A stretch of 64,000 bases of DNA from contig MCFH01000016.1 in assembly GCA_002104945.1 (NCBI GenBank), positions 310,001-374,000 of the forward strand, given 5' to 3'. The stretch's first letter is position 1. Each line of letters starts with the position of its first letter. The stretch is from Piromyces finnis finn. Its lineage: Eukaryota > Fungi > Neocallimastigomycota. The translations under genes and the position numbers were made by a program. The notes under the pieces are model-generated. The model saw nothing but the letters and a program-made list of their open reading frames with translations, had not been told where the DNA came from and made no database searches. Below are positions 1-12,721 of the stretch, in pieces.

Positions 1-385
1 CACATTTTTCAATTTTACTGGTAGAGATAGCCTTTTTTTGATTTAAAACTTTAACTTCAAGTTTTCCTCTTTCAATATTCTTCTTTAAAAAATATATTTC
101 ATTAAGACTTTTACATCTACGATTATATAATCCATGAAATAAGTTTGAATGAACAGTGTCATTTGTATTTTTAGTAATATCATTTTCATTTTCTTCTTTT
201 TGGGTATCTGACAAACAATTAAAACTCTTTGAGCCCATAATCCTTTTTTCACTTCTAAATAACTTGTTAAACTTTATTAATTGCCTGTCAATATCGGATA
301 AACTATTATACTTATTTTCCGATATAGTATTTTGTATACTAATTGGTTCATCAAAATTTCCTCCTATTATTACTTTTTGAACCAT
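1..385 (-). CDS. Partial hypothetical protein (5' part; runs off the window start)
   Basis: ATG at 385-383 opens a stop-free minus frame to base 1 (MVQKVIIGGNFDEPISIQNTISENKYNSLSDIDRQLIKFNKLFRSEKRIMGSKSF...KAISTSKIEKC), translated by hand. No family recognised. Confidence 0.65.
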   Translation of the reverse strand, partial: MVQKVIIGGNFDEPISIQNTISENKYNSLSDIDRQLIKFNKLFRSEKRIMGSKSFNCLSDTQKEENENDITKNTNDTVHSNLFHGLYNRRCKSLNEIYFLKKNIERGKLEVKVLNQKKAISTSKIEKC

Positions 386-460
386 TTTTTTTATTAAGTA
401 TTTTTTTTTTATTATTTAAAAAGTTTTTAAAAAACTTTTTTTTTATTAGCTAATATAATA

Positions 461-508
461 AGTAGATAAATAAGAAAATGTATTAGTAGATAAATAAGAA
501 AATGTATT
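461..508. repeat. Perfect tandem duplication of a 24-bp unit (AGTAGATAAATAAGAAAATGTATT x2)
   Basis: Read directly at 461-484 and 485-508, about 75 bp upstream of the ATG at 385. Confidence 0.85.
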
Positions 509-1617
509 AATTAAAATTGTATCTTCTTTTTAATTTTTTAATTTTAAACTACCTTTATTGAAAGCTGATTATTTTTCTTATTCTTTTGGGTATATAAGAA
601 TTTATTTATTTTAGAGTAGTTTTTTTTTTTTAAAAAATTAAGTGGAAAAGTGTTCATTATTTATATTAACAGTTTATAAAAAAAGAAAAAAAAAGAATTT
701 TACTAAAAGTAAATTAAAAAGATATATTTTTATCTCTTTAAATTTAGTTAAATATATTAATTAAATTAAATTTTACAAGTAGATTAAAATTTACTATAAA
801 TAAATATAATTGAAATAAAATAATTAATTTTTTATAATTTAAATGGAATTTATTCCTTATTTTTCTTTTTTTTGAAGTCTATCGAATGAATATCAATTTA
901 ATCTATTTAATGTTCAAATAAAAAAATGTTTAAAACAAATTACTTTGTAATTAATATATTTTTTGGTAATGTCTTTTAAACTTTTTTTTTTTTCATTAAA
1001 TGTAAAATATATATATAAAGGTATAATTAGATAAATTAATAAAATTAAATAATAATAATACAGTATAGCTTAAGTATAGTAATACATTTAAAACATTTTT
1101 CTTATTTTGTTTTTTATATTACTATAAAAAAAAAAAAAATATTCTCTTTCATTTTATTTTATTTTTTTTTTAGTCTTTTATTCATTTATTTTACTTTTTA
1201 CTTTTTAAAAATTTAATATTTTTAGTATTTCTTTAAAATTCATAAAAAAAAAAAAAAAAAAAAATATAATAAAACAAAATTAAAAAGGGTTTGTTGGATG
1301 TATAATAACTTGTTAAAAATGAATAAATATATTTGATTTTGGATAATAATGGTTATATAGCAATGAGTTAAATAAATAATAAAATGATAATTTATTATAA
1401 AATCAATATATAAAATGTATTTCAATACTTTTTTTTTTTTTTTTAATTTTTTAACCGATTTAAAAATTATAAATAAAAAAAAATTATATATAAATATGTT
1501 TTTTTTTTTTTTGTTGGCGAAAAATGATAATTAATATTTTATATAGAATTTAATATTTAATTATTAATTTTCTATATATATACATTGAAAACCGAGAAAA
1601 AAAAAATAAAGAAAAAA

Positions 1618-4600
1618 TTAATCTTTTTTTGTATGTACTGAATTGATCCAGTGATCTACTATAAATATTATTAGTACAGAAAGAATCATTGGTAGAAATT
1701 GAAGATTGATGATATATATTAAATTTAATTTTGGAAGTAACTCATTTTGATCAAACCCATATTTTGTCATATTTTGATATATATTATTATTAATAAGTTT
1801 TAACTTGTGAGAAATTGTGTGGGATACTAAATTTAATTGATTAAGGTTTTCAGAAAGGTAGTATATAATATGAAGTAAAAGAATCGGTTGAATCAATACA
1901 ACATAAATTGTATTGGACGCAGCTAATGTTAAAAGTAATCTTCGGATCTTACTCTATATATATATATATAAAAGTTTTTTGTTTAGTTCAATATTTTATA
2001 AAAATTTTATGTATTTTGGTTAGGAATTTTAAATATTTGTTATTTAAGTAAAACAAATTTATTAATATTTATAAATAATATAGTTGTAATCATTATAATT
2101 ATAAATGCTTGTTATTAGTTTTTCTTTTATTATTATTAATATATTTCAATATTGATGGAAAAAGGATAATTACCCTAATTTTCGGTTTATATTGATTATA
2201 AAGTAATGATGAATTTGAATCTACATTGGTATAAGGAGTAAAATTTTGTAGAGCAACACCAAATGTTTTATTATTCTTTTTTTGTTCCAATTTTCTAATC
2301 CAGTAACGTTTTTCGAGATATAAAATTTGTTCAAATTTAGAAAATTTCCAAATGCCTTTTAACACAATATACGCTGACCATATACTAATGCCAATTCTTC
2401 CAAGCTGAATAACAAAATCTACACTATTTTTCACTTGTAAATAGTAAAGTCGATTATAAAGGAAGAATTGAAAAGAGTCTAAACTCTTCTTTATGCTAGA
2501 ATCCATAAAAAAGTCAAGAAGAAGAAGAATAGAATGTATAATTAATAAATGAATGATATTTAAATAACATCCAATTTTAATAAGTTGGGTCAATTCTGTA
2601 TATTGTTTTTCATATATTTCCTTATTCCGTTCTAGTTGAAGTAAAGTATTATGTTTTTTTTTATCATTCGGTAGCGAATACTTATTACTAGATGACTTGT
2701 GAATAAAGTTTTTCCATGATGACTTATGTGGTGAACTTACTTGAATAGATGAAAGAATATCTTCTAATCCAGTAGATTCCTTTGTTTATAATAATAATAT
2801 CGAAAAAAAAAATTGAATATTATTATTAATTAAAAATAATAGTAAATAAAATTTATGTATTTATAATAATTTTATGATTATTTTAAACGATTGCTTTGCA
2901 TTTTTTTATATTTTTTATCCATAAAAGTTTTTTTTTTTTTTTCATTTTATTTTGAAAAAAAAAGTATTAAAACAGATTTTTTATCTACCTCAGGTAAAAA
3001 GAATTTTTGGGATTTTTGCATAATTTCAGTTAATTGATCCGAAGTATCCGTTTTTTTATTATTTAATGATTGTTTTATTAATAAATTTTCATCATCACTA
3101 TCTGAAAAATTATGATTAAATGAATTATTTGCATGATGAAGTCCATTCAGTTTATTAGAATAATTAAAGATATTTCCAACCGGTTTATTGTTATGTATAT
3201 CATTATTAAAGACATTATTATCACTATTATTGTTATTGCTTGAAATATAAGAGGTAAGTTTAGTAAGTTTTGGTACTTCTCCACCACCTAAATTTTTTTT
3301 ATTTCCAAAAAGAAAAGGGACAGGATTTGATTTCGATAAATCTTCTTTGATTAATGTGTTAGATTCATGACTTCGATAATTATTCATATTTGAAATGTCT
3401 TTAATGGGATTATTTAATTATGATATTATTTTAAATATAATATATTATTATATATTAGTTAATATTAACTATTATTGCCAAGGAATTTTTTTTATAACTT
3501 ACTTTTATCAGTATCCATAAGATCATTATTATTGTCCTTTTTAGCCCATAATCCTTCTTTTTTATTTCTGTTTGAGAAACTGGTGTTTAAAGAATTCGTA
3601 TTATATTGACTGAAAAATCCAGTTTTATTTTTAGTGCTGATGTATGTATAATTAGGTAAACTAGAGAGAGGCCTGTTTAAAAATAAGGAAGCACTTCCAT
3701 TAGTATTAGATTTCGTATTAAATAAGGAATTTGAATGTCCTTTCGTGGGTGAATCCTCAAATGATTTAATATTTTTTCCGTTTTCTTCTTTTTCTTCTTT
3801 AAATATACTGTCATCATTGATATCAAAAGAACTGTCTGGGATAGTACAATGATCACTGTCCTCATCATCATAATAATAATTCTTGTCTACTATTGAAGGT
3901 TTTATTGAAAAATGAGAATTTCTATTTGACTTTTGTTTTGATTTTTTATTATTATCTCGATATTTATTGTTATTTTTATGAGGTGTAGTGATGGAAAAGG
4001 ATCTTTTAAATTGTCTTTCTAATTGAACGGAAAATTCATCATCAATTTCATTATTAACGGAAGTGGTTTCATCTTCTTTATTTGTTAAATGCTCAGAATT
4101 TGTTTTGGAATAATCAAAATCGTTATTATATATATATTTATTATTTTTAGTTAATAGTTCATAGGTTTTTGCAACACCTGGAATGGTAGAATGTGTTCTT
4201 TTTAATTCAACTATTGGTGTCGGTTTATGAAGAGTGTTACTAATAAAAATATAGGTTTGTATGGAAAAGTCCCATATAACCTAGGTTTATTAATACAAAT
4301 AAATATTAAAAATAAGTTTCAGGGTAATAAATTTATTAAACTATCTTTTATTATTAAAAATACTAAAATATTTATTTATTTATTTATTCTTTTTTTTTTT
4401 TTTTTTTTTTTTTTTTTGGTATATTTATTTTAAAAATATATTTATAAAATAAATTCATAAATATATAATTTTTACCTTTAAAAATAAAATTAAATAAAGT
4501 AAACTTATGTACTTAAATAGGGTCACTCCGCTGGAAGATGCTTTATACCATATTAAATATAAACCATTTAATGAAATTATCAAGTATACCGGCCATAAAA

Positions 4601-6499
4601 ATTCTTTATTTGTAGTTTTTTTAAAAATAGGTTTTAGCATAATTTCATTTTTTATATATTCAATGAAGCTAAAAAATATAAATATACAAGAAAGGCATAC
4701 ACAGAGAATAAACCAATAATTCCAAAGTTGCCTTGGACATTCATTTTGGGTATGTTCATTTATTTTTAAATTTAAATATTCTTTCATTAAATCATCCTCT
4801 TCAATATTATCAAGTTTATTATCTGTATTACTCCAAAGTTTTGCACAATTCCAATCAATACTATTAATTTTACTAAATGCAAATAATATAAAATATTGAT
4901 TGAATGGTATATCATATGATAAAATATCACTTATAGTTGATTGTAATAATTCAGGTAAAGATCTCATATTATTTCTATATGCTTCAGGTTCTAGGAAACC
5001 TAATAAATATGAGAGGAAAATAAAATATATATTACAAAATTATTATTATTATTTTTTATTTTACCTAGCTATATTTTTTTTATTAATAATGTTTATCTTT
5101 TTTTTTTTTTTAATATATATTTTTACATACATTTTAATAATAAAATAGATAACCAGAATGTTCCAATGATACCTAAAATAAAACATATAGAAATTCCTAT
5201 AATCATAATACACATTTTTAACTTTTCTCTTATAGTTGAAAGAGTTTGTTTTACTGGTGATATTGTTATAAATGATTCTTCAATACTTTTATAAAAGGAT
5301 TGATTTTTTTTTCGATTTTCTAGCAATAATTTTAGATCACGATATTTATATTGATTATTTTCAAGCTCCTTTGAAACACGCTTACTACACTCAGCACAAA
5401 CAATAGGATATTTTCTTTCTAGATGAGCTTTGAATTGAGGTAAATTATCTAAATATTTTTCGTATTCTGAATCCTATATAAATTTTTTTATTTATTTAAA
5501 TAAATATTAAAATTTTATTTTTTAATAGCTCAGTAAATTTTAGGCAAATTTTAAAATATACTTATATAAGTATAGTATTATATTTTTATATTTAATAATT
5601 TTACATCTTCATCTGGTAAATAATCAGCAAGTCTTTGCCTTATATATTCTTGATGCATTTTACAGGTGTCACAAAAATAATCATTTATTGTAACATTTTC
5701 TATTTATATTAAAATGATGTATAATATTATTTAGTTGAAAAAGGTCTTTTAAATTTTTTTATAATAATTAATTTTAAATGTAAATTAACCTTTTTCACAA
5801 TATTTTATGTTTGCTTGATTTGCATTATTTTCCATAATATTTTCAAATTCTGAAATGTCCTGAATTTCACCATTCTTATATTAGAGAATATATATTTATA
5901 ATTTTATAATAATGAGTAAATATTTCAAGAAAAATATATAAATTCTGAAATATATAATATTCACCTCATTTACATAATTCCAATTATCTTTCATATATAC
6001 AACGAAATTTTTATAATTAATTAATATTTATTAAAATCCTAATTTTAATATAAAAATATTTAAATATCATACCACATCTCCTACACCACCAATATCTTGG
6101 CTTATTATTTACCCATTTTTCTTTTATTCTCTGATCTTTTGGTGGTTTGGTAAATTCTGAATCACAGTTACAGTAGAAGCAAGTAACTTTAATTGGCAAT
6201 AACTCAACAATAAAATTATATATCCTATTAATATAATAAAAAATATTAATATTACTATTTTTTTTATCTATTGAATGACTTCATTAAATTATTAATTATT
6301 CAAAGCAAAAAAAGAAAAATAATAATAACAACGATTATAAATTATAATACCTATATACAATAATAAGTGATATTATTGTAGTTATTGAAAATAAAAAGAA
6401 TGTATTATGAACTACTTCGTTTATAATATCATATAGTAATGGTGATATTTTTGTTATATATTCTTGAAATGAGTTGATTATTACGTTATCTACATTCAT
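1618..6499 (-). CDS. IMA1: Inner nuclear membrane protein Ima1/Samp1 (TMEM201 family), multi-exon
   Basis: Spliced N-terminus: TM helix, then CFYC...WWCRRCDNWNYVNENGEIQD, followed by a Cys-containing exon and DYLPDED...HLEEKYPIVCAECSKRV, the Ima1_N zinc-binding signature. Further TM exons (5123-5326, 4455-4967), an Asn/Ser-rich middle (3500-4300, 2947-3420) and C-terminal TM exons (2183-2593, 1618-1955). GT-AG junctions were checked for several exons; continuity of the C-terminal exons is inferred. Confidence 0.75.
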
Positions 6500-6929
6500 T
6501 CTATATTAATATAACTATACTTTATTAAATTTTTGAATTTTTTTTTCTCATAATTCAGACTTAAATTTTTGTAATTTACGATTAAAAATGTTTAATTTTT
6601 TTAAGAAAAGGTTTTAAATAAACTATTTTTAATTAGTCTAGATACTATATATATTATGAAATACAGATCAATTTATTGAAATTCTTTATATATGTGGAAT
6701 ATTGTGTTTTAAAGCTTTTCAATTATTAATTACTCTTTTTTAATAGATATTAAATTTTAATATTTTAATAGAAAAAAAAAAAAATTAACATTTCATTATT
6801 TAATAAACTCTTTACACACACTTTTAATTTATTAGTTTTTAAAATTTAAAAAAAGTATATTAAACTCTATACAATAAAATTAAAGATTATAATTAAATTT
6901 TAAATTTAATTGGTGGAGTTTTTTTTAAA

Positions 6930-6969
<40 letters not shown>

Positions 6970-7028
6970 ATAATAAACTTTTGTAATTATCTTTTTAAAC
7001 TATTATAAAAAATAAAAAAAAAATAAAA

Positions 7029-9416
7029 ATGGCAAAAACTGAAAAAGTTATAAAGAAAACTGAAAAAGAAGAAGAAAAGCAAGTTACTTTTGAAAGTTTG
7101 GTAAGATATTACATTTATATATAATTATATTGAAGCAAATATTACAAATAATATAATTTATGGAATTTCAAAGAATTTAATTTGAAATCAAGATTTCAAA
7201 ATTAAATAATAAAAAAAAAAAAAAAGGAAAAAAAAGAAAAGAAAAAAGGAAATTATATAATATGAATTAACATTTTAATAATAAAATTCACAATATTTAT
7301 AATAATTTTTAGGGTATAATTCCACAAATTTGTGAAGCATGTGAAAGATTAAAATTTAAAGCACCATCTGAAATTCAAGCTAAATCTATTCCAATTGCAC
7401 TCCAAGGTATATTTAATTATAATAACATATTAATATTCATTATAATAAATAATATTAATTTTTTTCATTATTTCTTGTAAACATTCAATAGGAAGAGATA
7501 TTATTGGTCTTGCTCAAACAGGTTCAGGTAAAACTGCAGCCTTTTCAATTCCAATTCTTCAAGAATTATGGAATGCTCCTCAACCATTTTTCGCATGTAT
7601 TATGTCACCAACAAGGTATATAAAATTTTAAATAAAAATAATAATTCATAAATTAATATTTATAAAATTAAAAAAAAAGTCAAAATAAAAGTAATTAAAT
7701 TTTCATGAAATATATGTGTTAAATAAAAAAGAGAATTAGCAATTCAAATTGCCGAACAAATTGAAGCTCTTGGTTCAACTATGGGTGTTCGTTGTGCAAC
7801 TATTGTTGGTGGTATGGATATGATGACCCAAGCCATTGCTTTATCAAAAAAGCCTCATGTTATTGTTTGTACACCAGGTCGTTTAGTTGATCACTTAGAA
7901 AATACTAAAGGTTTTAATCTTAAACACTTAAAATATTTGGTAAGATTGAAATTTTATTATTAAAGTATTTAAAAATAAATAATTATAATTGGAAAGCACC
8001 ATTTTGTTAAAATATAAAAAATCCTTAAATTATTAGATTCTTGATGAAGCTGATAGATTATTAGATTTAGATTTCGGTGATGAAATTGATAAAGTATTAA
8101 AAGTAATTCCACGTGATCGTCATACATATTTATTCTCAGCTACTATGACTAATAAGGTTGAAAAATTACAACGTGCTTCTCTTGTAAATCCAGTAAAAAT
8201 TGAAGTTGCTACAAAGTAAATATAAAATATAATATTTCATAAATTATAAAATTTATTAAATTACCATAATATATCTTAATGATATAATATTTATTTAAAT
8301 ATAACTTTTACTATTAATAATTATTTTTTAAAATTAAAAAGATACTCTACTGTTGATACTTTATTACAATATTATTTATTCTTCCCATTCAAAAATAAAG
8401 AATGTTATTTAGCTTATTTATTAAATGAATTAGCAGGACAAACAACAATTGTATTCACTACAACTTGTTTAGTTTCTCAAAAGTTAACTTTAATGCTTCG
8501 TAATTTAGGTTTTCAAGCTGTATGTTTACATGGTCAATTATCACAAGCAAAACGTATTGGTGCATTAAATAAATTCAAAAGTGGAAGTCGTGGTATTTTA
8601 ATTGCTACTGATGTTGCATCTCGGTATATTTCCCTTAAATTTTATTAATATTAATAATATATAACAATTAAATAAATATATTTATTATTTTTGTATGGTA
8701 TGAAAATAAGTTTTATTAATAGCTTTAATTAATTTTTATATAAAACTAATTATAATAGTGGTTTGGATATTCCATCTGTAGATGTCGTTATTAATTATGA
8801 TGTTCCACAATCATCAAAAGACTATATTCACAGAGTTGGTCGTACTGCTCGTGCTGGTCGTTCAGGAAAATCTGTAACCTTTGTTACCCAGTAAGTATAA
8901 GAAAATTAATAATCACAAAATACAATATGTGAAATAATAATATATTTTATTATTTATTTCATTTAATTAATTATTTAAATTTTGCTATTTATTTTTATTT
9001 TATATTCTTTGATTAAAAAAAAATTAGATATGATGTAGAATGGTTCCAAAGAATTGAAGCAGCAATTGAAAAGAAAATGGAAGAATTCCCATTAGGTACT
9101 GGTAAAGAAAATGTTTTATTATTCCAAGAACGTGTTAGTGAAGCTTGTAGAATTGCAAACATGGTATGATAGAACTAATTAAAAATTAGATAAAATAAAT
9201 TTTGAAATAAAATTATACTGATAATAATATATATTTTTTATAAAAACTATATAAATAAATAAATAATAACAGCAAATTAAAGAAGAACAACAAAGTAAAG
9301 GAAAAAGATCAAGAAGAATGGATGATGGTGACGATATTGAAGAATCAGGAATGATTCCAGGAAATAAAAGAAAATTTGCTTCAAAAGGAGGAAATCGCAA
9401 AAAGTCAAGAAAATAA
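7029..9416 (+). CDS. RRP3: DEAD-box ATP-dependent rRNA helicase RRP3/DDX47, 9 exons
   Basis: Motifs [44 protein letters not shown] and [10 protein letters not shown], with canonical GT-AG introns. The [26 protein letters not shown] segment is typical of Rrp3/DDX47. Confidence 0.93.
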
Positions 9417-10050
9417 ATTATTTGTTAAAGTTTTTAATATTATTTTTTTTATATTGCATATTTATTATAGATTCATAACTTATTTAATTAAATTTTAGAG
9501 TAAAAAGGTGTTAATATTTTATTTATTAATGAAGATTTCATTTATTATAAAAAAAAAAAAAGTAATAATATATATATTATTACTATAAAAATTAAAATAA
9601 AATAAATAAAATTTAGATATTAAAATACTTATTAGCTTTTTGATTCAATATTATTTTTAATGAATGGTTTTTCTAAATTTTATATATTATTTATTTTGAT
9701 ATATATTGATAATATATAATTATAAAAATTAAAATTTAAGATTTTTCCATATATCATAAACCTGAAGTATATTAAAGTATATATTATTTATTGTTTTCTA
9801 GTTTCTATAAATAATAATTATTATAAAAAATAAAAACTTTTAATTTTCCTTTACCAATAAATCGAGAATGTTTTATATTTAATAATTTGTATTATAACAT
9901 TAATGTTTTTATTTAAAAATTTTTAACCCTCCTTGTTAACTTTGAAATTTTATGCATAATATTTTATAAACTAAAAATATTACAAATTACAAATATATAA
10001 TTTAATTTTGATAATTCAATAATAAAGTAATTATTTTTTTCTTTTAATAC

Positions 10051-10137
<87 letters not shown>

Positions 10138-10138
10138 C

Positions 10139-10206
<68 letters not shown>

Positions 10207-10231
10207 CAGTATTATTATTATTATTATTATC

Positions 10232-10305
<74 letters not shown>

Positions 10306-10306
10306 C

Positions 10307-10338
<32 letters not shown>

Positions 10339-10339
10339 C

Positions 10340-10426
<87 letters not shown>
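10051..10426. repeat. Compound (ATT)n microsatellite with five ATCAGT interruptions, ending in an inverted (AAT)n block
   Basis: About 340 bp of TTA repeats interrupted near 10137, 10205, 10229, 10304 and 10337, followed by (TAA)10 from 10395. Confidence 0.95.
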
Positions 10427-10757
10427 TTTTAAATTTATAGAAAATTTAACTTTTTTCATAGCTAATTATTTTAAGTGTGACTATTTTTAATAATTTAAAA
10501 TAAAAAAAAAATAATTATTTTATTTTATTTAAATAATAGCGAAGAATTACTTGTTAGTAAAAAACTTTATTAATATAAAAAGAATAAAAGAAAAAAGAAA
10601 AAAAAGAATTTAATCAAATCAAATCAAATTAAATTAAATCAAATTGTCAACTACATATTTAAGAGTATATATATATATATATTTTTTGTTATTGTAATTC
10701 TTATTGTTCTTTTTTTACTCGGATTTAATACCTCAATAATTTATTATATTATTTAAA

Positions 10758-12163
10758 ATGCCATCAATTAAAAAGTTGTCATTATTAACTATTTTACCAT
10801 GGTTAGGTATATATAAAATGATTTATATAATATTTATTTTTAAAAGAATTAAAAAATAAATTATAATGATAACCCTTTTTTTTTTTATTTTTTGCAAAAA
10901 CAGTTGCAACTGAAAAAATATATTCATGTCAAAAAAACAATACAATTGCTTTAACAGTAATAGTTTATTTTAATTATATATATTTAATTTTTAATAAAAT
11001 TTATATCTACTTAAAATTATTTGAATCATTAATTTATTTGAAATAAAATTTAATTAGTTTGATGATGGACCATATAAATATACAAGTGAACTGATTGATT
11101 TATTAAATACTAAAAATATTAAAGCAACCTTTTTTATTAATGTTGGTAAGTAGTAAGTTATTTTTTTATCTCATTAAAATTATTATTATTAATGTATATA
11201 AATATTATCACAATAGAAAATTATTGGATTGACTTACCATATAATACAGAAAAACAAGCAGTTATAAAAAAAGCCTATGAAAGCGGACATCAAATTGCAT
11301 CACATACATGGGCTCATAGTATTCCAAGTGATGTTAATCAATTCGATGAAATGATGAAAAAAACTGATAATTGGATAAAAAGTGTAATTGGTCATAAACC
11401 ATCTTATTTCAGAGCTCCAAGAGGAGAATGCAATAGTGACTGTATTAATTATTTACAAGAAAAAGATTATAAACTCATTCAATGGGATGTAGATACAAAT
11501 GATGTAAGTAAATAATTTATAATTTAAGATAAATTATTACTCTTTTCAAAAAATTAAATTATATATTAATATAAATGAAAGTGGGATACATCTAACGGTG
11601 TGGATTATAGAGTTGGAAAAGCTAAAGAATTTTTATCTGAAAATTTTAATTATAAAAGAAGCAATTACTTAATATTAATGCATGATGTTTATAAACATAC
11701 CTTAGAAAAAATTGTTACTTGGATTGCTGATAATAAACCACTTGGTTATGAATTTGTTACTGTTGCCGAATGTTTAGGAGATAAATCATCGATGTATCGC
11801 TCAATTCAAGAAAATACAATTGATAAAACAAGTACAACAACTACTACTATTAATACAACATCTACTACTAAAACAACTACTTCAGTAGCTGAACCAACTA
11901 CGACATCTATTATTAATAATACTATCCCCGAAAATTCCACTTATAATAATAATAATGAAATTACAAATGACAATAATAATGTTAATAGTAATGAGTTAAC
12001 CAATAATAATAATTTAGACAGTTTTTATAATAATACTATAATGAATGATGAGAACTATGGAAATCTTAACTATGAAAGTTCATCAACATCGATAAACAGA
12101 CATTATAGCCTCTTATTATTGTTTTCATTAATTGCTATTCTTTTAAAATTATTTTATTTATAA
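10758..12163 (+). CDS. Polysaccharide/chitin deacetylase (CE4, NodB homology) with Thr/Asn-rich stalk and probable GPI signal
   Basis: Signal peptide MPSIKKLSLLTILPWL, spliced LTFDDGP (motif 1), KATFF, HTWAH (metal-binding His pair), FRAPRGE, WDVDTNDW and LMHD. A TTST-rich region and a hydrophobic C-terminal tail follow. Confidence 0.88.
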
Positions 12164-12721
12164 AATGCCATTTAATTTAAAATATTATGGAAACTTATAT
12201 GTAAAATTTTGAGTATCAATTATAATATATATTTTTTTTTTTTTTGATTTTAAATAACGTTACTTGTATATAGAAAGTATAAATACTACTACGTTTTCTA
12301 ATAGTTCTTAACGATTAATTAGTAGTTCATATATTTTTTTAACATAAATACTAATCAGCTTATTAAATTATCATTATTTATATATTTATAAATCTTTTAG
12401 CATTTCTTTTTATCATTTATATCATATTTAATATTTTGATTATATTGATTATAAAAAATTTATAATTAGGTTTTGCTACATTATCAAAAAAAAAAAATTA
12501 TAATTATTAAGATAAATTAAATTTTTTTTTTTTTAAAATGAAATTACCAAAAATAAAACATAATATTAGTATATTTAGTTTAATATAATTAAAATATTTC
12601 TTCTTAGCATTTTAATGTAAATAAATATAATAAATAAAATTGTATTAATGATAAATATTTTTAATATAATAATTACTTTCACATAATAATATAATATATT
12701 CAACAATTCAATGCTTCCATT

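Noticed and set aside
10051-10395. Possible CRISPR-like repeat-spacer array
   Set aside because: Units are simple triplets with no unique spacers, there are no cas genes, and the context is eukaryotic.
10031-10459. 142-aa poly-Tyr/poly-Asn ORF on the minus strand
   Set aside because: It is the translation of a stop-free (AAT)n microsatellite, with no flanking coding sequence or linking exons.
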